64,000 nt of DNA from Selaginella moellendorffii (Eukaryota; Plantae; Lycopodiophyta): positions 2,338,623 to 2,402,622 of the forward strand of contig NW_003314274.1 of assembly GCF_000143415.4 (NCBI RefSeq). Direction: 5' to 3'. The notes beneath the pieces are model-generated. The model saw nothing but the letters and a program-made list of their open reading frames with translations. It did not search any database and was not told the DNA's origin. This document shows positions 49,201-62,454 of the stretch, piece by piece. Numbering within the stretch: position 1 is the stretch's first letter; every line of letters starts with the position of its first letter. Both the position numbers and the translations under genes were made by a program.

Positions 49201-49911
49201 ATCGACCCACTATTATTGTGTTCTCATTTTTGCTGAAAATCTCGCCATGGCTGGGAACCCTTCGCATTTTATACATGAGGCCCGGGAGGAATAATTTTTT
49301 ATTGATTAACTTCTGATAGTGAATAAAGACTAATTATACATAATCTGCTAATTTAAATGGAGAAGTGCTTCTTATTTCCTTTCTATATATTTCCATAATC
49401 TTAGATGTGCTCATACAATCTCAGGCAGATGCTTGTGCTTGATTGTCAATCCAAAATTATAACACATAAATAGTCAGAATTTCAGAAGGAAAAATGTTTT
49501 GCATATCTTGAAATTTTTTTAAACATTGGAAAAATAACTTTTTAACATCACATCAATATCACTATAAAGTCTTTCAGATTAAAAACCCATTCCATGTCTA
49601 TTGCATGTTGAGACATATATATTTGCCTTTTGGTTTATTAAATTTGGCATTAACCTTCTAATTCCTTTTTCTTTTCTTAGGATTTGATAGGCATTATCAA
49701 GGTATAATTTTTATAGTTACAAAAATCTCAAATTTGAAAAGTTTTTTATTAAGCATATTTAAGGAAATCAAATATGGTGGTGGATATTTTACCTTATATT
49801 TGTCATGTAATGAGTAATATATATAATTTTGTCATCATTTGAACAAGATAGTTAAAATTCTGTACTACAATAAAAAAAATTTAATTGTTATATTATTAAT
49901 TAAATTTTATT

Positions 49912-50412
49912 CGCGGCGCTGATCTTTACAGGGCGATTAGATACGAAGAAATGCTGGCCTGGCTGGAACACGATCAAATAGTTGGCCTGACGTGTGTTTT
50001 CATTTTTTTCTCTACAGAAAACGACGAGAGCGGTCGTGGTATGCTGGCTGAGGAGCCATGGCTGCTTCTCTGGCCATCGCATATCAACAGGTGACTCGAT
50101 CAACTCTAGGCAGTCTTCATCGTACAGGCAATGGAGCACTTGAATGAGAGCCGATGCGCTGGCGGTCTGTCATCCGAGGGAGCTTCCAGGTAGCTTTGAA
50201 GTCATTGAAGCGGTCGTAGCCTCCTGATAAAAGTGGCCCTCCAGGAATTATGCCCGGCAGCAGCTGATCGCTCCGTCACGAGCCTCTCTCTCGGTGGATA
50301 GACGCTTCATAATTGAGCTCCTCTCTTTCTCTACACCCATTCAATGATTCAGAAGCCTCTCACTCAATCTTCGTTTATAACTTTGCAGCAAAGGAGCCTC
50401 GATTTCCTGTAA
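49912..50412 (+). repeat. Near-identical 500-bp copy of 59350-59850 (3' part of the tRNA-IPT pseudogene)
   Basis: Direct repeat from cgcggcgctgatctttacagg to gagcctcgattt; only isolated mismatches seen. Confidence 0.92.
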
Positions 50413-50629
50413 AGATCGAGTCGCCTCTCGCCCGAAGCGATAGCCAGGAAGGAGCTCTGGCTTTTAAAGTCTTGCGTCGCCAAGAACAAGCAAGCAACAG
50501 CCACGACCTTGGCTAAAAACACCGAGTCTGTTCCGTCGTGTGCGTGTAGGATCTTCGAGCGCTCGCATCCCTCCAACTCTGGAATGGGTCAGGGTACGTT
50601 GTTGTCTCTCATTCACGCGACGTGTGTGG

Positions 50630-51160
50630 CCCTTCATCGCGTTTACCATGGGGAGTTCCATCGAATCAAGGTTGGTGGTGCGTGGAATTTGTAAGATCTT
50701 CATTCTTACTCCACTGAAATAGGACGAGGCGATTTCAGCTATGTTTACAAAGTTCTCCAAAGACACGACGGCTGTCTTTATGTCCAATCGGTGTAGCCTA
50801 TTGAATGAGGGAGAGCTGTATGAAGAGACTATGGTATTGATTTGGCAGAGTTTTGGCGCTGCAGTCTCGGGTCTAGCTGGCTTTTTTTCTTTGGCTTCCT
50901 TAAAACTTTGAAAATGCAGTGCGCTACTTGTCTTCATGGTTCGAGAATGACTTCGTGTATCTACGCCTTGCATGGAGAAGACGCCGACCGAGGCAATGTT
51001 TCAAGCGGGTACATCACTCACGACTGCATGGCAGCTCGTAAACGCTTTGAAGCACCTCGCTCACCTGGACGTGAAGCCCGACAATATCTACATCTGCAAA
51101 GGCGTCTACAAGAGTGGTGAGTTTGGCCGAATCGATGGAACCATTTCCATCGAGGAGCGA
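50630..51160 (+). pseudogene. Deletion-riddled WEE1 copy with intron remnants
   Basis: Colinear blocks matching 47470-48170, for example gaaataggacgaggcgatttcagctatgtttacaaagttctc and ctcacctggacgtgaagcccgacaa. Confidence 0.85.
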
Positions 51161-51265
51161 TGTTTATATAAAAGCTTTTAATTTTAATCTTTGTTAATAT
51201 TAATAACTTACTACTCAAACAGAGTTGAGGAAAGACCAAATACCACAAGCTGTAAGCTTGATCTA

Positions 51266-52062
51266 TCACCTGGACTGAGGTGGTGTGTACTTGGTTGCTG
51301 CCTGTGAAGCCTGTGGGTGAACCTTGGCCAGCAATTCCACCGCGATTTCCTGTCTTGCAGGTGGAGTCTCTGCCAGGTAGCCTTCTCTGAAAATGGTCCA
51401 GAGTGGACTCCCTGCAGCTGGAATGTATGGCAGTCTGTTGCGCATCGCTGCTGCCATGAGGCTGAGGGCGCGCTCGTTAAAACGTCTGACTTGGCCAAAG
51501 TCGATGCAAACCAATCTGGGCTGAACGCTTCCATCTTGCAGTGACGAGTGCACCCCCAGGTGGAACTCGAGGTCCCTGCCGTCGAGGTTGAGGACGTGGT
51601 GGAGATGCGCATAGAACCTCCCCATACTCCAAGCATACATCCTCCCTCGCTCCAGATCAATTGTGCCCGCTGTAATCATGTTGATATCTGACCCTGGCCA
51701 CGCTTTTCCCTCCACTCCGAGCAGAAGCCTGGCTGTGGTCTTTTCCCCTGGCGGCGGAAGCAACAATTCCATCACATAGCCAGGCTGCGGCGGCTGGAAG
51801 CACTCAAGCGCGTCGAAGAACTGGAGGGGGCGGAGAATTTCGATCTCGTGCTTCTGCCTCCTCGCTGATGAGTCCGTGGGATTCATCCACGACAGGAAAA
51901 CTCGCCGGTGAGTGCTGAACTCCTGTGTGAGTTCGTTCTGCTGCCGGATTGCCACCTTGACTGCGAGATTGCTTGAGGAAAGCTTGAAGACCTGCCCGAA
52001 TCCTCCAGCTCCAATCAAGCAGGAACTCCATAAAAGATCAGATTCCACTTCCTCTTGAAGTC
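51266..52062 (-). CDS. DUF3669-like protein-kinase-fold protein, main exon (exon 1 lies beyond the Copia at 56655-56697)
   Basis: IGAGGFGQVF..AVKV, YVMELL, ARLLLG, MGRFYAHLHHVLNLDGRDLEFHLG, LVCIDFGQV, PYIP...LWTIFREGYL. This pattern resembles the recalled DUF3669 family (LHW..DARDVEFVLG, LDFNQ, PYYP, LW..F...YL). Confidence 0.65.
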
Positions 52063-52137
52063 CTGCGTTCAGGAATCACATTAGTTTTGAAGAAACTAAT
52101 GTGTAGAAAACTTGCCTTCTTTCTCCCGGACCCAGTG
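52039..52137. repeat. 99-bp host duplication (second copy 56578-56676) flanking the Copia
   Basis: cagattccacttcctcttgaagtcctgcg...ctcccggacccRgtg occurs twice with 1 mismatch. Confidence 0.92.
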
Positions 52138-55100
52138 TGTAGGAATAATGATGAACACGACAAGCAAGACGATTCATATCAGAAGCAGTCCGAATCGTGA
52201 TCAGATCTCTGGTGATTTCTGATTTGCTTGAAGTTGTATATATATACAGCCATATATGAATGAAAGCGTGTTGAAGTGAAATCCGTTGTTCTTGCTCCGC
52301 TTTTCTTTCTTGGTATCGGAGCTCAATTTCTGAACTCTTTCTTCTCTTTTGTGCCTCACATCATGAGCTGCAGCAAAGTTGGATTGATCTTGCTTCAGGG
52401 AGTCACTGCCTTTGATGGGAGGAGAGCGTTCAACACCTGGTCCGAGAAAATGATGCGCGTGCTGCAGATGGAAGAACTCTGGGAAATCGTTTCACCACCG
52501 ACAATCGCTGCAGATGCTCGTACACGGCGAGCCCCTGCTGCGTTGGGAGCTTCAACTTCAGTGGAAGGAGAAGTCGTGGATGAAGAGGCAATTTGTGCCT
52601 CTGTTGCAGCAGCTCGACAACAGCTTGATCCAGGGGAACAAGCTGCACTGGAGAGGAAGGAATCTCGAGCAAAAGGATTGATTCTTTCTAAGCTTGCAGA
52701 TGCCCTTATGATGCGTTTGCGTCATAAGAGTGCTTGTGAGATCTGGGCTCATCTCCACAACAAGTATGCTGTTCTTTCCCTCTCCAAGATCAGCATGGTC
52801 GAGACTTGCATTCGTGAGACCCGTTTTCATCCAGGCGAGAACTTTGAAGAGTTCCTCGCCAAGATGCAAGATCTGTGGATGGAGCTTGAAGGCAGTCCAG
52901 CGGCGTTCAACGAAAGCAAGAAAGTTCTGGCACTTTGCGAGGCCATGCAAGATTCTTCTTTTAGTTCTTTTGTCCCTACCGTTCGCATGATGTCGCTCAA
53001 CTTTGAACAAGCTGAGCAAACTTTACGCTCGGAGCTTGCTGCGAGAGGTTTGATTGTGGACTTTGATCAGAGGCCTTCCCATGTTTTGATCTCACAGTCT
53101 ACATCAAATGTTTCTGCATCAATCAATCAGTCAGGGACTGATTCAGCTCTATGGGCTGGAAATCATCGAGGCAGAGGAGGCCGCGGAAGAGGAGGACGAG
53201 GCAGAGGTCGCGGGTTTAGGGGAAATCCACAGCAGCAGCAGAATTCAGGGAATTCTGGTAAAGAAGCAGCAGTTCGGGATTGTTTTGTGGGCAAGAACAA
53301 ACAGGAATGCTGGACCTGTGGGATGCCAGGACACTACTCCAAGGATTGCCCAGTTGCAGCTTGGCTGCAGTGCATGAACATAGGGCTCGCAGCAAATGCT
53401 CAGGAAGGGGAAACACAGGAACTTGCGGCATCATCTGAGGTAGCAGTTCCAAATGTTTCTGAAAAACTGACCATCGATTCAGGTTCAGAGAGACACCTGA
53501 TGCAAAGCAAGTCAAACTTTGTGCAATTGCGTGCTGCAAAAGGGAAGTGCATTCGTGTGGGAGATGGAAGCATTTTACCTGTTCGCGCAACTGGGGATGT
53601 GCGAGTTCCACTGGGAAGAAAGTCTCTGCTCTTGAAGAATGCGTGGTATGTTCCAAAGATAGTGAAGAATCTGGTTTCTGTAGCCAGGCTTACGGATGAA
53701 GGTCTGGATGTGAATTTCTCCAAACATCAATGTCAAGTTCTTGCAAATGGTTGTCCATTACTGCATTTTCCCAGATGTGGTAACCTGTTTGAGAAGGAGA
53801 TAGCTTTTGGAGAAAAATCGAACGCTCCTGAGATATGCATGATTGCAGATAGTTCTCTCTGGCATTCTCGACTTGCACATGCCAATCCCCCTCTCATCAG
53901 GCGTATGCAGAAGCAAGAGCTTGTGGATGGCTTCAACGACCACATTCTTCAAAGTTCAGCAAAATGTCACACTTGCATTCTTGGCAAGCAAACCCGTCGT
54001 ACTTTCAAACCTGCTGTGATCAGAAGCACTCGTCCCTTGCAGCTCATTCACTCAGATGTTTGTGGACCCATGCGACTGTTTGCTCAGAATGGCACGAAGT
54101 ATTTTGTGACATTTACAGATGATTTCTCCAGGCACACGGACGTATTCTTCCTTCGTCACAAAGACGAAGTCTTCAGCAAATTCAAGCAATTCGTAGCAGA
54201 AGCCGAAGTGAAAACTGGTCAGAGGGTTGGTTCTTTACGTACTGATTCAGGAGGGGAATACGTCAACAAGTCCTTTCAGCAGTTCTGTGCTGAACGAGGA
54301 ATTCTTCATCAGCGCTCTTACTCTCATACCCCTCAACAGAATGGAGTCTCTGAGCGCAAGAATAGGACAATCATGAATGCAGTTCGGTGCTTCCTTCAAG
54401 AATCAAGACTACCAAAATTCCTCTGGGCTGAAGTAGTCGGATCAGCTGTGCATGTTCAAAACCTTCTCCCTCATTCTCGCAATCCCAACAAGATCCCAGA
54501 AGAGCTTTGGACTGGTCAAAGACAATCAGTGGTGCATCTCAGGTGTTTTGGTTGTTTAAGCTTTGCAAAAAGGGTGGATGAGCATCTCGGCAAGTTGGAG
54601 AGCAGAAGAAAACTGGCCTTTCTTGTTGGATACGATTCCAATTCAAAAGCATATCACCTGTACCAGCCTGGTAATCATCAAATTTTTGTAAGCACTGACG
54701 TTCGTTTTGATGAAGGAACACTCTACAAAGATCGTGTTCAAGAAGAAGGAAGCTCAGATCAAAACATGAACTGGACTCCGGAAGAATGGAGTTGGGATGG
54801 TGTTGAAGACGATAATGAAGATGACGATGATCTGACAATCATCTATCCCTCATCTCCTTTAGCAGACGATCATCCAACACCAGTCTCTGGATCTTTTCTT
54901 CTTGAAGAACAGGGCAATGTTGCTCATCGTGCACTCACTGGAGAAGTCGACAGGCTCACACGTGATCTACCATTCAATGTGGAGAACTATGGGCGGACAT
55001 CATCTGGACGATCAATTAGAGCACCTCATCCCAAGCAATGGTCTTTCGCAGCAACAGAAATAGCTTCTGAACCAGTCAACTTTGGGCAGGCAATTCAAGC

Positions 55101-56577
55101 TCCTGATGTAGATAAGTGGATTTCAGCAATGCAAGATGAGTTGAATTCTCTTGATGAGAACCAGACTTATGACTTGGTGGAAGCTCCTGAAGGACGTGAA
55201 GTTGTTGGATCACGCTGGGTGTTCAAGCTTCACAGAAATCCTGATGGATCGATACAACGTTACAAAGCAAGACTTGTTGCTCAAGGATATTCACAAGTTC
55301 CTGGAGTGGATTTTGATGAGACGTTCTCACCAATTGTGAAGCAGACAAGTATCAGAATGCTTCTGGCTTTTTCAGTGGAGTTTGGTTTGTGCGCACATCA
55401 CATGGACGTAAAAACAGCCTTCCTTAATGGGAACTTGAAGGAGGAGATATTTATGCGGCAACCCCCAGGCTTTGAGCTTTTTGGATCACGGTGCTCCGAA
55501 CTCGTCTGCAAGCTTCGCAAGGCTCTTTATGGCCTTAAGCAGGCTTCCCGTCAGTGGTATGAATGTTTGGATTCTTTTCTTATAGATCTCGGTATGCAGA
55601 GGTTGAATAGCGATGGAAATCTATATCTTCTTCAGCAGGGTGATCACTTTGTTGTGATAGCAGTTTATGTGGACGACTGTTTGATTGTCAGCAACAATGA
55701 CACTGTTTTGAAGGATGTGAAGATCAAGCTTATGGACAGGTTTGTGATGAAGGACTTAGGAGCTGTGCGGCACCTGTTAGGGATGGAAGTTGACAGGGAT
55801 GAAGCAGATAGGACAATCACCCTCACACAGCGCCAATATGTGAAGAAGCTTCTCAACCAGTTCAACATGACAAGTTGCAAATCCGTGGCTACACCAGTCA
55901 TCACTGGCATCAAGTTCACAAGCAAGATGGATGATTTATTTGATCAGCCCTCGGTCTACCGATCACTTGTTGGAGGACTACTCTACCTCGCCAACATGAC
56001 TCGTCCCGACATCTCCTTTGCCGTTGGTCTCCTCAGCCGATACATGCAGTCTCCGAGTTGTTATCATTGGCAGATGGCGAAAAGAGTTTTGAGGTATTTG
56101 AAAGGAATGGCTGCTCATGGACTGGTTTACAAATGCTCAGGTCAGTCCAAACTTGTTCTTCAAGCTTACTGCGATGCAGATTGGGCTGGCAACTTGGATA
56201 CACGACATTCAACCTCCGGAATTTGCTGCATAATTGCTGGTGCTCTGGTTTCATGGGGAAGCAAGAAGCAAACGACGGTTGCTCTTTCCAATGCAGAAGC
56301 AGAGTATGTAGCTGCTAGTACAGCAGCAAGGGAGATCATCTGGCTTCGTTGATTACTTGGAGAACTCAATCAACAGCAATCAGATGCGACCATTCTGCAT
56401 TGCGATAGCAAAAGTGCAATCGCCATGTCAAAGAATTCTGTGTTTCATGCTCGTACGAAACATATAGACGTGCAGCATCACTTCATTCGCAAACATGTAG
56501 CAGCCGGAGATCTTCACCTGGAATACGTTCCTTCACAGTATCAGTTGGCGGACCTTCTAACCAAGCCACTTTCGGAG
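52138..56577 (+). mobile_element. Ty1/Copia LTR retrotransposon with a 5' LTR only; PPT and 3' LTR missing
   Basis: Short LTR-like segment starting TGTAGG (about 52138-52309), PBS TGGTATCGGAGC at 52311, then gag-PR-INT-RT-RH. The sequence switches to host DNA right after ADLLTKPL. Confidence 0.92.
52363..56577 (+). pseudogene. Copia gag-pol polyprotein with a single nonsense codon (TGA 56350-56352) in RNase H
   Basis: CWTCGMPGHYSKDC, IDSGS, WHSRLAH, IHSDVCGP, PQQNGVSERKNRT, YKARLVAQG, YVDD, YCDADW. The frame continues after the stop (CDSKSAI, RTKHIDV). Confidence 0.93.
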
Positions 56578-56654
56578 CAGATTCCACTTCCTCTTGAAGT
56601 CCTGCGTTCAGGAATCACATTAGTTTTGAAGAAACTAATGTGTAGAAAACTTGC

Positions 56655-56697
56655 CTTCTTTCTCCCGGACCCGGTGATGTCGAGCGTCCATGGTCAT
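56655..56697 (-). CDS. Probable exon 1 of the DUF3669-like kinase gene
   Basis: ATG ACC ATG GAC...AAA GAA G followed by a GCAAG (GC-type) donor. It joins in frame (G|GA CTT CAA GAG GAA GTG GAA TCT) to the kinase exon. Confidence 0.6.
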
Positions 56698-56725
56698 GTC
56701 CGTACAAGTCGAATAGGGAACCCTA

Positions 56726-57200
56726 ATGTGCGCGCCAAGTTGGAACTCTTCCGCTGTGCAGGACGGGCATTCGCCGCTGCCTCCTCGCTGTCAAGGGTAG
56801 AGGTACTCTCTGGTTTGCATCAAGTGTGAGCGGAGATGCCCCTTTGACAGCCAGTTTGGTGAGGTCGATTGGCTTCTACGTTGCAAAGAGGCCCTGCATT
56901 CACGTCACAATGTTGCAGTTGATGTCTGCGTATTTTGAGCTGGTTTTCGGGAAGATCCCACAGGGTGGATTTTCTGCCCACAGGCAGCACTGTATAGGGG
57001 GCGTGAATGATAATCCGATGCCATGGCCACACTTGGAGGCTTCACTCTCCCACACGACTTGAACATGGTGCTACCCAAGGTTTATAGTGAGGGCCAGGCT
57101 TTTCTGAGAGAGTTTAGGCTTTTAGATGCCACCAAATGCGTAGGGAGGAACAGAGAGAAACACCATGGTTGCCCTTGTCCGGCTTTCAGCTCTTGCACAT
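56726..57200 (+). pseudogene. Deleted copy of the SCP/FCP1-type phosphatase lacking the DLDET motif
   Basis: atgtgcgcgccaagtt, ggcttctacgttgcaaagaggccctgc and aggcagcactgtataggggg match the reverse complement of 58054-58875. Confidence 0.82.
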
Positions 57201-58053
57201 GCCAGAGTGAAACAATGAAATCTAGTCGATCAGCATTTCTTCATTGAAGGTTAAAAGGCACTGGGTGGTTTAAATTAATCAATACTATGTTTCTGCAATT
57301 AAGCCCTTTCATTTTGGTTAACATTTCTCCTTGGTAATAGAACTAATATTTTAAGTTGCCAAAAACACAATGAAACTAGAATTACTTTGGTAAAAGTTTT
57401 CTGTGGAATTTGATAATGGTTTGGAGGGCGGCTGAGGTATTTTGACGTCAAAATAGCCTAATAATTCCTTTAAGAAGTTGTAAAGGTACATAAGATAGCT
57501 TTCCAAAATTTCTTACCATTTGTTTTCTTAACATTTCTAAATATAAAAATACTCCAAAAATAAAAATACGTTTCCGAATACTGTATATTTGTAAAGATGG
57601 TATATAGATTTTTATAATTTTATCACGAACCTAAATATCTTTAAAGGTTTATGAGGTTCATAAGCAATATTTAGAATTTTATTTGATAATACAAACAAAT
57701 ACCATATTGTGCTAATTTGGTATGCCCTTTATGCAAGTTTATATGCTTGCTTACAGGATGTTTTTTAATGAGAAAAGCTGCACTTAGTAATGTAGCTTAA
57801 AGTTTGCATGTTTAAGCTTAGCGTTACCACTAAAGAAATCAGATTTATTGTGAAAGAAATATATTTTACTTCATAATTTTATTTTAGCAAGATTTATATC
57901 AAAAAGTAAATGTTAATAAAATTCTAGACACAAACTCATTCAAATGAAAGACAAATGAAACACGCAACCTTTTGTATTAATAATAAACTCCCTCACTGTC
58001 TATCACTATAAAGATATGGGTATTAAAATATCAACTTTTTAAAGAGATTCAAA

Positions 58054-58875
58054 CTAAAGCTGCGTGTGAACACTACAGCCTTCATTACATTCCTCCTCAG
58101 CAGGAAGTGGCACGTAGACTGGCATATTAGTCTTAGCTGCAAGAGGCACACCACTTTGAAGCCGGTCCCTTCTCCACGAAGGCAGCCACGGAATTGCTCT
58201 CCCAATGCCTTTGATCGCATCTAGAAGCCCTTGCTCCCTCAATTCATCAAGGCCTTTTACAAAGTCTCGAGGGTAATTACACGTTAGCTTGGTGAGCAAC
58301 TGCCCAAGCTTTTGAAGTGTGATATCCTGCTCCTGCTCATCACTTCCGTCCCTAATAAACCGCTTGATGGCAATGGCATTAGCCAAAAGCGTGCTAGGAA
58401 AGTTGGAGATTTGATCGTCCACCACAACCACCATGTTTAACTCCCGCCCAAGCCTGGAGATATCCTTGAGCCCCCCTACACAGTGCTGCCTGTAGAGCCT
58501 GTGCTCGAAAATCCGACCCTCAGGATCCAGCAGTCCCAGTGCAGCTTCCGCATACGCCTGCGGAGAGGCCGTCCACAAAACCAGCTCGAAACGTGCAGCC
58601 ATCAACTGCAAGAAGTCGTCAACGCAGGGCCTCTTGGCAACGTAGAAGCCGTCGCCCTCACCACACTGGCAATTAAAGGGGCACCCCCGCTCACACTTGA
58701 TGTAAACCAGAGTCTCATCTAAATCAAGCACCAGGGTACCTTTACCCTCGAATGCTCTCGAGCGCGGAGGCAGTAGCGAGTTCTCGTCTTGCACAGCGGC
58801 GATGGTGGTGCACCGCTGCAAAGTCACCTGAGAGTCGAAGTACCTGGATCGCTGCCCAAACTTGACGCGCAACAT
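58054..58875 (-). CDS. Intronless SCP/FCP1-like (NIF-domain, HAD) phosphatase
   Basis: LVLDLDETLV (DxDxT), YVAKRPCVDDFL, FELVLWTAS..YA..LDP, RLYRQHC, KDISRLGREL..VVVVDD. Confidence 0.88.
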   Translation of the reverse strand: MLRVKFGQRSRYFDSQVTLQRCTTIAAVQDENSLLPPRSRAFEGKGTLVLDLDETLVYIKCERGCPFNCQCGEGDGFYVAKRPCVDDFLQLMAARFELVLWTASPQAYAEAALGLLDPEGRIFEHRLYRQHCVGGLKDISRLGRELNMVVVVDDQISNFPSTLLANAIAIKRFIRDGSDEQEQDITLQKLGQLLTKLTCNYPRDFVKGLDELREQGLLDAIKGIGRAIPWLPSWRRDRLQSGVPLAAKTNMPVYVPLPAEEECNEGCSVHTQL

Positions 58876-59009
58876 TTGGAAACCTTTTCTGAATTAGGGT
58901 TCATCCAGCCCTAATACATCCTTTATATATACAACCTTTAGAATTTGGTTAATTAAGCGAAGGCCTTTTGACTAAAGCTTCTGTTCTATTGCCATTGTGG
59001 CAGCGTCGC

Positions 59010-59750
59010 CAGCGCAGGCAAGAAGAGAGCGCGGCGACGTGATCGTCATCTCCGGCCCGACTGCCGTCGCCAAGTCGCGCCTGGCGCTCGCGCAGCGGCT
59101 CAATGGCGAGAGTGTGTGCAGGTATCGCTAGATTTCCGATATTTCATGTCTCGACTGCCAGAAGCCTCACTCGCGATGACTGGTATCGCACTCTCAATCA
59201 TCAAGGTAAGAGTTTTGAGCGGAGTTATCTACGTGGTTTGTTCTCACGCATCTGTCAAGTTTGCAGGCATCCGAAGAACTTGGGACACAGATAATGGACT
59301 CTGCTTCAGCTACCGCTCCAGAGAGCTCCTGTGCTGCTTTCTCTACAGGCGCGGCGCTGATCTTTACAGGGCGATTAGATACGAAGAAATGCTGGCCTGG
59401 CTGGAACACGATCAAATAGTTGGCCTGACGTGTGTTTTCATTTTTTTCTCTACAGAAAACGACGAGAGCGGTCGTGGTATGCTGGCTGAGGAGCCATGGC
59501 TGCTTCTCTGGCCATCGCATATCAACAGGTGACTCGATCAACTCTAGGCAGTCTTCATCGTACAGGCAATGGAGCACTTGAATGAGAGCCGATGCGCTGG
59601 CGGTCTGTCATCCGAGGGAGCTTCCAGGTAGCTTTGAAGTCATTGAAGCGGTCGTAGCCTCCTGATAAAAGTGGCCCTCCAGGAATTATGCCCGGCAGCA
59701 GCTGATCGCTCCGTCACGAGCCTCTCTCTCAGTGGATAGACGCTTCATAA
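59010..59750 (+). pseudogene. Heavily deleted tRNA isopentenyltransferase (IPT9/MiaA-type) pseudogene
   Basis: VIVISGPTAVAKSRLALAQRLNGE (decayed P-loop), CFL..RADLYRAI..EEML, GML.E..WLL, YRQ/AMEHL, RNYARQQ, EP..QWIDAS spread over shifting frames. Confidence 0.7.
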
Positions 59751-60129
59751 TTGAGCTCCTCTCTTTCTCTACACCCATTCAATGATTCAGAAGCCTCTCA
59801 CTCAATCTTCGTTTATAACTTTGCAGCAAAGGAGCCTCGATTTCTTGTAAATATAAAACAAAATAAGATGTATAATTTGTATAACACACAGAAACAAAAA
59901 CACACCTATATCTTAGAAGTTTGAAGTTGCAAAATTCAAAACAAAATGGTTGCACTATTATACCAAGTACATGTAAATTTAAATATTATTTCAACTATCT
60001 ATTTATTTGCTAAGATGTCTTTTGTTATACTTAATTCATCTATAAAGTATAACTTAATTAACTTAGTAAATTAATTACATACTTAAGTGCTAAATATAAA
60101 TATATATTACTATTATCTCCATATCTCTT

Positions 60130-60930
<801 letters not shown>

Positions 60931-61287
60931 CACACACATGATCTTTCACTCCAAAAGATGAAAATATTGGTTAAATGGAATATCTAGAGCTTTTGGTTAT
61001 AGATTATAGATTGCCATGAAATTGCCAATGTAACTTTTGACAACAATTATATAAATAGAACATAAAGCCATAACAAAAGCATAAATCAACTATGAAATTT
61101 TAATGAACCAGCTAACTTTGTGTGTAACTGTCCCATATATTATATGTGAGATCAGACTCATTTCATTCATCTTTTATATCTTCTTTATCTTCTCATTGAA
61201 GGAAAACAATGTTTAGAAACACTCTCATTGTTTAAATTGTAAAAAAAAAGTAGATAAAGAAGTATTGAAAAAGTAATTTTCAATAGC

Positions 61288-61580
61288 TATATATACATAT
61301 ATAAATATATATAAATAAACATATATATATATATATACATATATATACATATATACACATATAGACATATATATACATATATATACACACATATGCATAT
61401 ACATATACATATATATAGACACATATACACATATACATACATACATGGCTTTCTTTTCTATTTATGTATGGCTTTCTAAACATTTTTTTCCACAATTTAA
61501 TGTTTGTACATATGTATACATGTATACATGTATACATGTATGTATGTATGTATGTATACATGTATGTATATATGTATATT
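61288..61580. repeat. AT/AC/GT-rich low-complexity microsatellite
   Basis: Directly visible. Confidence 0.9.
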
Positions 61581-62454
61581 ACCCTTTTTAGGCTTAAAGA
61601 CCATCATTTGGGGCTAAATTTGTATCCTCAATTAATATACCTATTTGCACATCTTCAGCATTTATGTAATTGTTTTTCTTCATATCTTTGTGTTTCAAAG
61701 TTATTTATAATCTATATTAATAGTAATATATTATAAATTCAAGAGGGATAAACTAGGATTACACTCATAATGAAAAATTGTCTTAAGATGAGTCTAAAAC
61801 TATTCTAGCAATATTTGTATAAACATCACAATTACAAATAATAAAGTGTTTTAGATTTTTATACATACTATTTTATTTTTAATTTTAATTTTAGGTTTTT
61901 ATAAAATTAAAAATATTTTTAATGTAAAACTATTTAGTAATCAAAATGCCAAGATTGAGTAAAGATTTATTTATTTTTTAGTTTTTTATATTTTAGATAA
62001 TAAACTATCTAGTTCAAAAATATTTACTTTAATTTTGTGACAACAGCACAAGAATCAATGAAAAAGTTTTATATTATTTAATTATTTAATTTTATTTTGT
62101 AAACTATATAATAATGAAAAAGAAAAATGATTTAATAGATCATATAATTTTTGGAAACTCTTTTAGGAATTGTCATTTTCAACAATCAAAATGAGGTGTT
62201 ATTTCATATCAATCTTAATATTTTTAGATTATTTTTACCTTGAGAGCATACAACCTCTTGACAATACTCATCCCTAATGATGCCAAACTATTAATTAAAT
62301 ATAAATTTTAATGACATAGACATAGAGAATAAAATTTATTTAATTTATTTCTTCTAAATTATTTAGTACAACTAAAAGCACTAATCTCTCCAATCTTAAT
62401 TTATAACTTTACTTTTTTTCTTTTTGTAAAACTATATAATTTTGAAATGCCAAA

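Noticed and set aside
56350-56352. Programmed stop-codon readthrough in the Copia
   Set aside because: The TGA lies inside RNase H at a position where CGA (Arg) is plausible; a C>T mutation is the simpler explanation.
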